This document shows, piece after piece, positions 38,357-47,553 of a stretch of DNA of 60,701 bases. Each line of letters opens with the position of its first letter. Position 1 is the first letter of the stretch. A program made the position numbers and the translations under genes. The notes under the pieces were generated by a model. The model saw nothing but the letters and a program-made list of their open reading frames with translations, was not told the origin of the DNA and searched no databases. Source of the DNA: Clostridia bacterium (GTDB lineage: Bacteria > Bacillota > Clostridia > UMGS1883); contig JBJDXJ010000015.1 in the NCBI GenBank assembly GCA_051866635.1, positions 4,737-65,437 on the forward strand. Direction: 5' to 3'.

Positions 38357-41203
38357 ATGAAGAAGTTACTTAGTAAAATTTCATTACTTAAAATAATTAC
38401 ATTAATTTTAGTTATTTGCTTGGTGGCAACCTTCGTATCAAAGCTCCCCGAATATGTACTTAAATCAACTCCTGTGAGCCAGGTGCTTCAGGAAGGTATT
38501 CCGGAGTGCGGAGAAGTGATTTCAAAGGCAATTGAGGGCAATGTCCTTGTTGCAAAGAACGGTGGTAAATCCCTTTACGTGTCACCAAAGTCGCTTAATG
38601 TTACTGTTGTTGACGATGCGACAGGTATGACATGGAAATCAATGCCTCAGGACGGTAACATTACAGAGAAAGAACAGGCTCCTTTGTTTATTTCTTTCCT
38701 TGATGCTACAGGTGCTGTTTCCAACTGGGATGTTTACACATACTGTATTGCAAACGACAATACAACACGTGAACTTGAAGAAGGCGAAAGCTACACAGAC
38801 ACTTATTCAATCAATACCATTGAAAACGGTTTCAGAGCAACACTTAAGGTAAGTGAGCTTGAATCTGCTGTACTTAACGAATATATGCCCAAGCAGATTT
38901 CCGTTGAAAGGTATACTGAATGTTTCCTCAATAAGATTGACTCTCTCTTGGAAGATGGCAAGATTAATGAGGACCAGAAAATAAAGTACAATAAGGCACT
39001 TTCCATGATTTATGCTCTTGATGAAGAAAATCAGGAATACTACTATAACAAGTATGCAGGTACACCTCCTGTAACTGTTACAACAATCCTTATTGACCTT
39101 GCGAAGAAGGTTCAGTACACTACTGAAGACCTTTTGAATGACAGCCGTGAATTTAATATTATGGACGTTGAAATTTCTCACCCCGCAGATTTCCAGATTA
39201 TTATGGATGTAACGCTGGAAAACGGTGATTTGGTCGTTCACGTTCCTACATATGAAATTCTTAACAACAGCGAAGACCAGGAATATTACACTCTTCAGAA
39301 GATTACAATATTCCCCAACTTCTCTCTTGCAGATGCTAAGAAGTATAACGACGGCTTCATTTTCGTTCCCGACGGTTCCGGTGCACTTTTCAATTTAAAC
39401 AGCTACGACAGCGGTTATGTTGAATATTCCCGTTCCGTTTATAACAACGATTACTATGATACTCTTTATTCCGACACAGAATATAATGAAGACCTCATGA
39501 TGCCTGTGTTCGGTTTAGGTAAGAAGAATGCTGAATTTGTTGTAAATGAAGCTGAAGAGTCCGAAGAAACTCCTGAAGAAGCTGTAGAGGCAACAGAAGA
39601 AGTTACAGAACCTGAAAAAGAGGACGACGGTAGCGTTGAAATCAAAACAGAAGTTAAAGATGCTGATATGAACGGTTTCCTTGCAATCATCGAAAGCGGT
39701 GCGGAAACAGCTTCTATCACAGTAAATCTTGGTGTATCCGATACATCTAACGGCGGTACAAACTTTAATAAGGTTTATGCCTCCTTTGATGTAATGCAGT
39801 ATTCAAATGTAAAGGTATTCGGTCCTTACAGTACAAACGAAGCAAAGTTCCTTGCAAAGTCAGGTTCCTTTGATGTTGACCTTAAGATACGTTATAAGCT
39901 TTATACAGAAAACTGCAATTACTATACAATGGCACAGGATTATAAGAACTATATCATAGCAAAGAACAATCTTACAGCCGAGAATGCTTTAGCTCCTGAG
40001 ATTTTCCTTGATGTAGTTTCTTCCCTTACTGTTGAAGACAGATTTATGGGTGTTCCTTATGACAGAACAATTTCAATGACAACATATTCCGAACTTGAAG
40101 AGATTATGGACGATCTTGAAGGTGTTGATAAGGTTGTAAGCTATAAGGGTGCTTATAATGGCGGTATTTATAACACAATAAATACTGATGCCAAGAGAAC
40201 AAAGTCAAACGGTTCAAAGAGTGAATATGAATCCCTTATGAAGAAATATGGCGACTCCATTTATATGAGTACTGCTGTTTCAAATGTATATAAGGATACT
40301 GCAATATTCAACGAAGATAAGCACGGCTTGTTAGGTTATGATTCAGAAGCTGTAAAGGTATACGATTACGATATTCCCACAGGCAGATTCAATCACCATG
40401 GTGAAGGTCACTATATTTTAAGTCCTTACTATCTTCCCGGTGTTGTTGAAAGCTTTACAAAGGGTTTGGGCAACGTAAATCTTGCAGTTGAAGACCTTGG
40501 CAATCTTGTATATGCTCAGTATGATCCCGATACAGAGGTTAACCTTTACGAAGGTGAGCAGATTATAGCCAATGCTCTGGCAACACTTTCCGCAAACGAC
40601 AGAAATTTGGTTCTTTATAACCCCTTTGCCACAAGAATGCTTTACGCAGACTACAGTGCTGACATTTCAAGAGAAAGCAGTGACTACGGTCTTATTGCAC
40701 ACAATGTTCCTTTCCGTCAGATTGTTATGAACGGTTTGACAAAGTATACAACACTTGATGTAAACGAATCTTCTTCCGGTACAGCTTATTACCTTCTTCA
40801 GGCTCTTGAATTAGGTAGCTGTCCTAAGTACAAGATTACTTACAAGAGTGTTGACAGACTTAAGGAAAACAATTACAGCGAGCTTTATTCAACAGAATAT
40901 AAGCTTTTAGCTGAAAGTATTAAGAATATGAGTGCCACAATCAAGAGCGAATTTGCAAAGATTGGCACTACTGAAATAGTTGGTCATGAAATCCTTGACG
41001 AAAAGGTTTATGTGACTACATATGCTACAGGTGTTAAGGTAGTTACAAACTACAACACTTATGAAGTAACAACACCTTATGGTAATGTTTCCGGTTTCGG
41101 CTACAAAGTAGTCGAAGCCGGTGAAGAAATCGTTGAAACAGAAGCTGAGGCAGAAGCCGAAGCAGAAGTTGTAATCGAGGAAGGAGGGGAAGTAAATGAG
41201 TAA
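38357..41203 (+). CDS. Large membrane-anchored DUF5696-like protein
   Basis: N-terminal TM; FVPDGSGAL, MPVFG, VPFRQIV..G, H..L...V..TTY..G..V..NY motifs recalled for DUF5696; family context. Confidence 0.72.
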   Translation: MKKLLSKISLLKIITLILVICLVATFVSKLPEYVLKSTPVSQVLQEGIPECGEVISKAIEGNVLVAKNGGKSLYVSPKSLNVTVVDDATGMTWKSMPQDGNITEKEQAPLFISFLDATGAVSNWDVYTYCIANDNTTRELEEGESYTDTYSINTIENGFRATLKVSELESAVLNEYMPKQISVERYTECFLNKIDSLLEDGKINEDQKIKYNKALSMIYALDEENQEYYYNKYAGTPPVTVTTILIDLAKKVQYTTEDLLNDSREFNIMDVEISHPADFQIIMDVTLENGDLVVHVPTYEILNNSEDQEYYTLQKITIFPNFSLADAKKYNDGFIFVPDGSGALFNLNSYDSGYVEYSRSVYNNDYYDTLYSDTEYNEDLMMPVFGLGKKNAEFVVNEAEESEETPEEAVEATEEVTEPEKEDDGSVEIKTEVKDADMNGFLAIIESGAETASITVNLGVSDTSNGGTNFNKVYASFDVMQYSNVKVFGPYSTNEAKFLAKSGSFDVDLKIRYKLYTENCNYYTMAQDYKNYIIAKNNLTAENALAPEIFLDVVSSLTVEDRFMGVPYDRTISMTTYSELEEIMDDLEGVDKVVSYKGAYNGGIYNTINTDAKRTKSNGSKSEYESLMKKYGDSIYMSTAVSNVYKDTAIFNEDKHGLLGYDSEAVKVYDYDIPTGRFNHHGEGHYILSPYYLPGVVESFTKGLGNVNLAVEDLGNLVYAQYDPDTEVNLYEGEQIIANALATLSANDRNLVLYNPFATRMLYADYSADISRESSDYGLIAHNVPFRQIVMNGLTKYTTLDVNESSSGTAYYLLQALELGSCPKYKITYKSVDRLKENNYSELYSTEYKLLAESIKNMSATIKSEFAKIGTTEIVGHEILDEKVYVTTYATGVKVVTNYNTYEVTTPYGNVSGFGYKVVEAGEEIVETEAEAEAEAEVVIEEGGEVNE

Positions 41204-42131
41204 GAATCAAGTGGCAACAAAGCCTAAGACTAAAACAAGAAAGCCTATGAAATTCCAGACTACTCAGAAGATTAACGGTTATGTTTTCCTTCTTCCCTGG
41301 ATTATTGGTTTTCTTCTGTTCTTCCTTATCCCCATGATTAATACAATTGTCTACTCTTTCCACACAGTAGGTGTTGCAGAAAGCGGCGGTATGGAAATGA
41401 CATGGAACGGTATTAACAACTATATCGATTTGTTCAATACCGAACTTTCAACACAGAGTCAGCAGTTTACACGTGTGTTCGCTGATGAAAACTCCAACAT
41501 TGTTATGAATACTCCCTTGATTGTTGTATTCAGTCTTTTCTCAGCTCTTTTGGTTAACGCTAACTACAAGGGCAGAGATGTTGTCAGAGTTATATTCTTC
41601 CTTCCTATCGTACTTGGTATTTCCATTGTAACAACAATGGTAACAACAACAGGTGGCGATATGACAGGTGTTACAGCAGTTGCTACAGAAGAGTCCGGCT
41701 TTATTATGAGTCTTTTAACATCTTACACATTCCTTCCTAAGGATGTTATCGCCTTCGTTATGGGCGTTGTAAGTGATATTTCAGCTATTATATCTAAGGC
41801 CGGTGTACAGACACTCCTTTATCTTGCGGCACTTCAGGGTATCAGCCCTTCATTGTACGAGGTTGCTAAGATTGAAGGTGCTACAACTTACGAAGTGTTC
41901 TGGAAGGTTACATTCCCCATGGTTGGTTCCATCACACTCTTTAACTTCGTGTTCACTTTCGTTGATTTGTTCTCTGACAGTTCTATTGCTAAGGAAGTTT
42001 ACGCATTCGCGTTTGAAAAGAATAATATCGGTGTAGGTAGTGCACTTTCTGTTGTCTACCTGGTGGATGTTCTTCTTATTCTGTTGGCTATGGTACTCAT
42101 TCTTACAAAGGTGGTGAAGATCAGTGACTAA
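41196..42131 (+). CDS. Carbohydrate ABC permease 3
   Basis: GYVFLLPWIIGF, LYEVAKIEGA, FWKVTFP. Confidence 0.92.
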   Translation: MSKNQVATKPKTKTRKPMKFQTTQKINGYVFLLPWIIGFLLFFLIPMINTIVYSFHTVGVAESGGMEMTWNGINNYIDLFNTELSTQSQQFTRVFADENSNIVMNTPLIVVFSLFSALLVNANYKGRDVVRVIFFLPIVLGISIVTTMVTTTGGDMTGVTAVATEESGFIMSLLTSYTFLPKDVIAFVMGVVSDISAIISKAGVQTLLYLAALQGISPSLYEVAKIEGATTYEVFWKVTFPMVGSITLFNFVFTFVDLFSDSSIAKEVYAFAFEKNNIGVGSALSVVYLVDVLLILLAMVLILTKVVKISD

Positions 42132-43167
42132 GAATAAAGTTAAAAAGGCTAAAAAGCCCGGATTTGTTGAATGGTTTAAAAATGCTTGGAACGACAATTC
42201 CATCACTGATCCCCTTGTATGTAAAAGAACTCTTCAGAGCGTAATCTTTACGATTTTTGGATTTACACTTATTTTGGGTATGTGCTTCTCCATTCTTTAT
42301 CCTATTTTGAAGCTGTTCCCCATGATTTTGTGTGATGTTGAAGACTTGGGTAACCCCGACGTTGTATGGATTCCCAAAACCTTCTCACTTGTAAGTTTCC
42401 AGGCGGCAATAAGACTTGTATTCGGTAACTTTGTTATCATGTTCCAGTCACTTTTGTATGCCGCAGTAATTGCCTTCATTCAGGTTATTATCTGTGCTAT
42501 GGCAGGTTACACAATTGGTAGAATCAACATTCCTTTTAAAAATCTTGTATTCTTCCTTGTAATTTTCACATTCGTTGTTCCTCGTCAGTCTCTTCTTATT
42601 TCTCAGTATTTGAGATTCAAGAACTTTGATATTTTTGGAATATTCCAGTTCTTTACAGGGGACACGGTTGACCTTATCAATAACCCCATAACACTTTATA
42701 TGCTGTCACTCTTTGGTCAGGGCTTGAAGCAGAGCTTGTTCATTTACATTTTCTCTTCATTCTTTAAGGGTCTTCCTAAGGAATTGGAAGAAGCAGCTCT
42801 TATTGATGGTTGCGGTTTCTACAAGACATATATTAAGATTGCTCTTCCCAATGCCGTTCCTTCAATCATGGTTGTAGCAGTTCTTTCATTCATCTGGAAC
42901 TACGGTGATACATATTATACAGGTTACTTCCATCCCGATGGACCTTACCTTGCAATGAAGCTTAGTCAGCAATTTGCGGCTACAAATGCAAATACTGTTG
43001 TTAATGCGGTTTCAAAGTGGTATGACGCTCCTGCGGCTTCCAGCTACACATACGATGCTGTAAAGCAGGCGGCAGTGCTTCTTTACCTTATTCCTCTTCT
43101 TGTTATTTACTTTATTGTACAGAAGAGACTTGTTGAAAACTTTGCAGCCAGCGGTATTGTTGGTTAA
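42124..43167 (+). CDS. Carbohydrate ABC permease 4
   Basis: FFKGLPKELEEAALIDG, SFIWN. Confidence 0.92.
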   Translation: MTKNKVKKAKKPGFVEWFKNAWNDNSITDPLVCKRTLQSVIFTIFGFTLILGMCFSILYPILKLFPMILCDVEDLGNPDVVWIPKTFSLVSFQAAIRLVFGNFVIMFQSLLYAAVIAFIQVIICAMAGYTIGRINIPFKNLVFFLVIFTFVVPRQSLLISQYLRFKNFDIFGIFQFFTGDTVDLINNPITLYMLSLFGQGLKQSLFIYIFSSFFKGLPKELEEAALIDGCGFYKTYIKIALPNAVPSIMVVAVLSFIWNYGDTYYTGYFHPDGPYLAMKLSQQFAATNANTVVNAVSKWYDAPAASSYTYDAVKQAAVLLYLIPLLVIYFIVQKRLVENFAASGIVG

Positions 43168-43173
43168 ATAAAC

Positions 43174-43200
43174 AAAAAGGCGTCCTTTTGGACGCCTTTT
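43174..43200 (+). terminator. Terminator closing the nine-gene operon
   Basis: AAAAGGCGTCC-TTTT-GGACGCCTTTT. Confidence 0.85.
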
Positions 43201-43276
43201 AGCTTTCAAAGAATTTATTGAGAAAGTAATAAAAATGTGATATTATTATAAAAACAAAATAAGAAGAGGGAACAAT

Positions 43277-43729
43277 ATGGAAAGGTACGAGGTTGTAACG
43301 ATTACCAATATGTGTATGGTATATGACGGCAATAAAGCTGTTGTACAAGACAGAAAAGACCCTGATTGGAATGGGATAGTATTCCCGGGCGGACATGTGG
43401 AAAGAGGTGAGTCCCTTACAGACAGTGTTATACGAGAAGTATTTGAAGAGACGGGACTAACAATATACAATCCTGTGTTGTGCGGCGTGAAAGATTGGAC
43501 TAAGGACAGTGGTGAAAGATATATTGTGCTATTATATAAAACAGATAAATTTGAAGGCGAACTGAACTCCTCTGACGAAGGAGAGGTTTTTTGGGCAAGT
43601 TTAGATGATTTACCAAAAATGACTATCGGCAGAGATTTTGCCCATATGCTGAAAGTGTTTACCGATGATAATTTAAGTGAATTTTATTACTATAAAGAGG
43701 ACGGAGAATGGAAATATATTCTGAAATAG
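43277..43729 (+). CDS. NUDIX hydrolase (MutT/8-oxo-dGTPase-like)
   Basis: Nudix box GGHVERGESLTDSVIREVFEETGL. Confidence 0.92.
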   Translation: MERYEVVTITNMCMVYDGNKAVVQDRKDPDWNGIVFPGGHVERGESLTDSVIREVFEETGLTIYNPVLCGVKDWTKDSGERYIVLLYKTDKFEGELNSSDEGEVFWASLDDLPKMTIGRDFAHMLKVFTDDNLSEFYYYKEDGEWKYILK

Positions 43730-43769
43730 TAAAAAGGTGTAAGTTCCGGGCTTGTTGGAGGGATAGACA

Positions 43770-44351
43770 ATGGTATTTCAGATAGTGGCGTTAATTATTA
43801 TGGCTGTGTTTTACGGATGCTATTTTTTAAAGATGCTAAGCCAAAGAAAAAAAGGAATACAGACAGACCAAATCGGCAAAGGAAAAAAGGGCATTGCCGG
43901 ATTTATAGAATTGACCATGAAGTATGCAACAATTTTAACTCCTGCGGCAGAAGTTGTAAGCATTTGTTTAAATACCACTTATATGCCACCATGGGCGAGA
44001 TTGGTAGGTTCTGTTATTGGAGTATTGGGTGCTGTGGTGTTTATATGCTCTGTTATTACTATGCGAGACAGCTGGCGTGCAGGCGTTTCAGAAACAGACA
44101 AGACGGAGTTTATAACTTCAGGAATTTACCAAATTAGCCGAAATCCTGCGTTTCTTGGCTTTGATTTGGTATATGTGGGCATTTTAATTATGTTTTTTAA
44201 CAGAATACTTCTTGTAATTACCATGTTCGCAATTTTCATGTTTCATTTACAGATAGTGATAGTTGAAGAAAAATTTCTTGCTAAGACTTTTGGAAACGAA
44301 TATCTGAATTACAGAAAGAAAGTGAACCGATATATTGGCAGAAAACCTTAA
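43770..44351 (+). CDS. Isoprenylcysteine carboxyl methyltransferase (ICMT/PEMT) family membrane protein
   Basis: ITSGIYQISRNPAFLG, EEKFL...FG.EY..Y...V.RY. Confidence 0.88.
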   Translation: MVFQIVALIIMAVFYGCYFLKMLSQRKKGIQTDQIGKGKKGIAGFIELTMKYATILTPAAEVVSICLNTTYMPPWARLVGSVIGVLGAVVFICSVITMRDSWRAGVSETDKTEFITSGIYQISRNPAFLGFDLVYVGILIMFFNRILLVITMFAIFMFHLQIVIVEEKFLAKTFGNEYLNYRKKVNRYIGRKP

Positions 44352-44421
44352 AAGCAGGGGAAATCAGTTTGATGCGATATTGTTTAAAGCTATATTTATA
44401 AAAAGATTGGGGCTTATTTTA

Positions 44422-44991
44422 GTGAAAAATTTTTTAGTAACTGTTGTTATACTTTGTATGTTATGTATGTCAGGTTGTACGGAAAGCACCACAAATCAAA
44501 CAACGGAGCAAAGCGAAGAGACTACAGAGGGTGAAAAAGTATATATAACAGGGGAAGAAATTCCCAATGAGGACTTTGGCGGAAATGTATACACATATGA
44601 ATATGCTTGTCATTCTGATAATTTTAGTTTTGAGGGAAAGGTATATATTTTAGATTTACCGAAAGGTTTAACAAACATTGAAAAGGAACAGATTGCAGAT
44701 AGTCTTTTTATAAACGAGCAGGATTATGTTGTGATAGATTACAGAGGTATGAGTGACCCTAATATGCAGATACGCTGTTCCTACAGGGCAGACAATCCGG
44801 ATATTAGAAAGTGTGTCCTGGATATATTATTAAAATATGAAGAAAATCATCCCTCAAGGTGGGAGAGGACATATAACTCCATGAACAGCGAATGGTATAT
44901 GCATAATATGGCGTATGATGTGGGGTACGATATAGAGCGTTCAAAGCATGTGGATTTTAATAATAATGACGAAATTAAATACAGCGAATAA
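44422..44991 (+). CDS. Hypothetical lipoprotein
   Basis: Lipobox MSGC after a hydrophobic stretch; Thr/Glu linker; start uncertain. Confidence 0.65.
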   Translation: MKNFLVTVVILCMLCMSGCTESTTNQTTEQSEETTEGEKVYITGEEIPNEDFGGNVYTYEYACHSDNFSFEGKVYILDLPKGLTNIEKEQIADSLFINEQDYVVIDYRGMSDPNMQIRCSYRADNPDIRKCVLDILLKYEENHPSRWERTYNSMNSEWYMHNMAYDVGYDIERSKHVDFNNNDEIKYSE

Positions 44992-45009
44992 CGCAAAAAT
45001 ATACTAAAA

Positions 45010-45063
45010 AATAAATAATTATTCAATAAAAATATTGACAATCACATGAAATTGTGGTAAATT
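45010..45063 (+). promoter_or_regulatory. ARG-box-like operator and SigA promoter
   Basis: AATAAATAATTATTCAAT 45010-45027; TTGACA 45035-17-TAAATT. Confidence 0.6.
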
Positions 45064-45119
45064 ACCTGTAGTGAACATAGAGTTTACAAAAAAATGTGTT
45101 TTGAAAGGACGTTATTAAG

Positions 45120-45920
45120 ATGAAGAAGATTTTATCAATGGCACTTTGCCTTATGCTTGCACTTTCTTTGGTAGCTTGCGGTGGCAACAGCACAGTAGTT
45201 GAAGAAGTTGCAACAGATGCAACAGAAGCAGAAGCAGAAGTTAAGGTTCTCACAATGGCAACAAATGCCGAATTCCCTCCCTATGAATACTACGACGGTG
45301 AAACAATTGTTGGTATTGATGCTGAAGTTGCGGCAGTTATCGCTGAAAAGCTCGGTATGAAGCTTGAAATTGTTGACACAGCTTTTGACTCTATCATTCC
45401 CGCTATTGTTGCAGGTAAGTACAGCATGGGTATGGCAGGTATGACAGTTACAGAAGAAAGACTTGAAGAAGTTAACTTCTCTACAAGCTACGCTAAGGGC
45501 GTACAGGTTGTAATCGTTCCCGAAGGCAGTGCTATTACAACAGTTGATGACCTCTTTGGTGACGGCAACTACACAATCGGTGTTCAGACAGGTACAACAG
45601 GTGACCTCTACTCCACATGGGATATCGAAGATGAAGGTCTTGGTACAGTTTCCCGTTACAACAAGGGTGCTGATGCTGTAGAAGCTCTTAAGACAGGTAA
45701 GGTTGACTGCGTAATTATCGATAACGAACCTGCTAAGGCATTCGTAGCAGACGCTGAAGGTCTTGTAATTCTTGACACAGCTTACGCTGAAGAAGATTAT
45801 GCTATCGCTGTTAACAAGAAAGATACAGAACTTCTTGACGCTATCAATGTAGCTCTTGCAGAACTTATGGAAGACGGTACACTTCAGGCTATCGTTGACA
45901 AGTACATCTCTGCTGAATAA
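45120..45920 (+). CDS. Polar/basic amino acid ABC substrate-binding lipoprotein
   Basis: Lipobox LVAC; TNAEFPPYE, GMTVTEER, GVQTGTTG. Confidence 0.93.
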   Translation: MKKILSMALCLMLALSLVACGGNSTVVEEVATDATEAEAEVKVLTMATNAEFPPYEYYDGETIVGIDAEVAAVIAEKLGMKLEIVDTAFDSIIPAIVAGKYSMGMAGMTVTEERLEEVNFSTSYAKGVQVVIVPEGSAITTVDDLFGDGNYTIGVQTGTTGDLYSTWDIEDEGLGTVSRYNKGADAVEALKTGKVDCVIIDNEPAKAFVADAEGLVILDTAYAEEDYAIAVNKKDTELLDAINVALAELMEDGTLQAIVDKYISAE

Positions 45921-45997
45921 TTGAACATAACAATTTGACAATTAAGAAAGGGAGCCGGTAAAACAGCTCCCTTCTTGACAGTTTAGGAGAAAAAATT

Positions 45998-46726
45998 ATG
46001 AATGAGTTTTTTCAGACATTAAAGTCTGATTTTATAAAATGTTTTATAACAAAGGACCGTTGGAAGCTCATATGGGACGGTTTAGGTTCAACACTCAAAA
46101 TTACTTTGTTTGCCTGCCTTATGGGTATTGCAATCGGTCTTGTAGTTGCCGTTATCAGAAGCACATACGACAAAAACGGCAAGGAAATGCGAAATCCTAT
46201 CGGTAAAATCATTTTATCTATAGCTAACTTCCTTTGTAATATTTATCTTACAGTTATAAGGGGAACACCTGTTGTTGTTCAGCTTATGATTATGTATTAC
46301 ATCGTTTTTGCATCTTCGAGAAACAGCGTAATGATTGCCATTGTAGCCTTTGGTATAAATTCCGGTGCTTATGTTGCGGAAATTTTCCGTTCCGGTATTA
46401 TGAGCATTGACCAGGGACAGTTTGAAGCGGGCAGAAGTCTGGGCTTTGGTTATATAAAGACTATGGTATATATTATTTTTCCCCAGGCATTCAAGAGCGT
46501 TCTTCCTACTTTGGCAAATGAATTTATCGTGCTTTTAAAGGAAACTTCTGTTGCAGGTTACGTTGCAATTCAGGACTTGACAAAGGGCGGCGATATTATC
46601 AGAGGTGCAACATATGAAACATTTATGCCACTTTTGACCGTTGCCGGAATTTATCTTGTATTAGTCATTTTCTTTACAAGACTTGTAAGTATTCTTGAAA
46701 GGAGATTGAGAAACAATGAACGATAA
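45998..46726 (+). CDS. Amino acid ABC permease
   Basis: [30 protein letters not shown]. Confidence 0.95.
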   Translation: MNEFFQTLKSDFIKCFITKDRWKLIWDGLGSTLKITLFACLMGIAIGLVVAVIRSTYDKNGKEMRNPIGKIILSIANFLCNIYLTVIRGTPVVVQLMIMYYIVFASSRNSVMIAIVAFGINSGAYVAEIFRSGIMSIDQGQFEAGRSLGFGYIKTMVYIIFPQAFKSVLPTLANEFIVLLKETSVAGYVAIQDLTKGGDIIRGATYETFMPLLTVAGIYLVLVIFFTRLVSILERRLRNNER

Positions 46727-47462
46727 CATAATTATAAAAACAGAAAACCTTTGTAAGTATTACGGTACAGAAATTCACGCTTTGGAAAATGTTTCTGCAC
46801 AAATACAAAAGGGCGAAGTGGTTGTTGTTATCGGTCCTTCAGGAAGCGGTAAGTCCACTTTTCTCCGTTCCTTGAATTTACTTGAAAATGCAACAAGCGG
46901 TAAGGTTTATTTTGAGGGTGTGGATATTACAGACCCTAAAGTTGATATAAACCTTCACAGAAGAAAGATGGGAATGGTGTTCCAGCAGTTTAATCTGTTC
47001 CCTCATATGACTGTTTTGAAGAATTTGATGCTTGCTCCCATGAAGCTGAAGAAAATGAAAAAGGAGGAAGCAGAGAAGCTGGCACTTCATATGCTTGATA
47101 AGGTTGGTTTAAAGGATAGGGCATCTGCATATCCAAACCAGCTTTCAGGCGGACAGAAACAGAGAGTTGCAATTGTGCGTGCCCTTTGTATGAATCCCGA
47201 TGTTATGCTTTTTGATGAACCTACAAGTGCATTGGACCCTGAAATGGTAGGCGAGGTTCTTTCGGTTATGAAGGATTTGGCAAAGGAAGGTATGACAATG
47301 GTTTGCGTAACTCATGAAATGGGATTTGCCAAAGAAGTAGCAGATAGAGTGATATTTATGGCAGAAGGCGGTATTGTTGAAGAGGGTACACCTGATGAAA
47401 TCTTTTCAAATCCGAAGGATGAGAGAACAAAGTCATTCTTAAAGTCAGTATTAAATGTATAA
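46716..47462 (+). CDS. Amino acid ABC ATP-binding protein (GlnQ/ArtR-like)
   Basis: [28 protein letters not shown]. Confidence 0.96.
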   Translation: MNDNIIIKTENLCKYYGTEIHALENVSAQIQKGEVVVVIGPSGSGKSTFLRSLNLLENATSGKVYFEGVDITDPKVDINLHRRKMGMVFQQFNLFPHMTVLKNLMLAPMKLKKMKKEEAEKLALHMLDKVGLKDRASAYPNQLSGGQKQRVAIVRALCMNPDVMLFDEPTSALDPEMVGEVLSVMKDLAKEGMTMVCVTHEMGFAKEVADRVIFMAEGGIVEEGTPDEIFSNPKDERTKSFLKSVLNV

Positions 47463-47471
47463 TCAAAATGT

Positions 47472-47526
47472 AAAACGGGCTGTAGCAAAACGATTTTTTT
47501 AAATCGGATTGGCTACAGCCCGTTTT
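47472..47526. repeat. Palindromic repeat acting as bidirectional terminator; second copy at 60605
   Basis: AAAACGGGCTGTAGC...GCTACAGCCCGTTTT with inner CGATTT/AAATCG stem. Confidence 0.8.
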
Positions 47527-47553
47527 TTACTTGTAAATTTCTGCCTATATTTG

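Noticed and set aside
45135-45941. 268-aa antisense ORF
   Set aside because: Mirror frame of the strongly biased amino-acid SBP gene; Cys/Asn-rich nonsense composition
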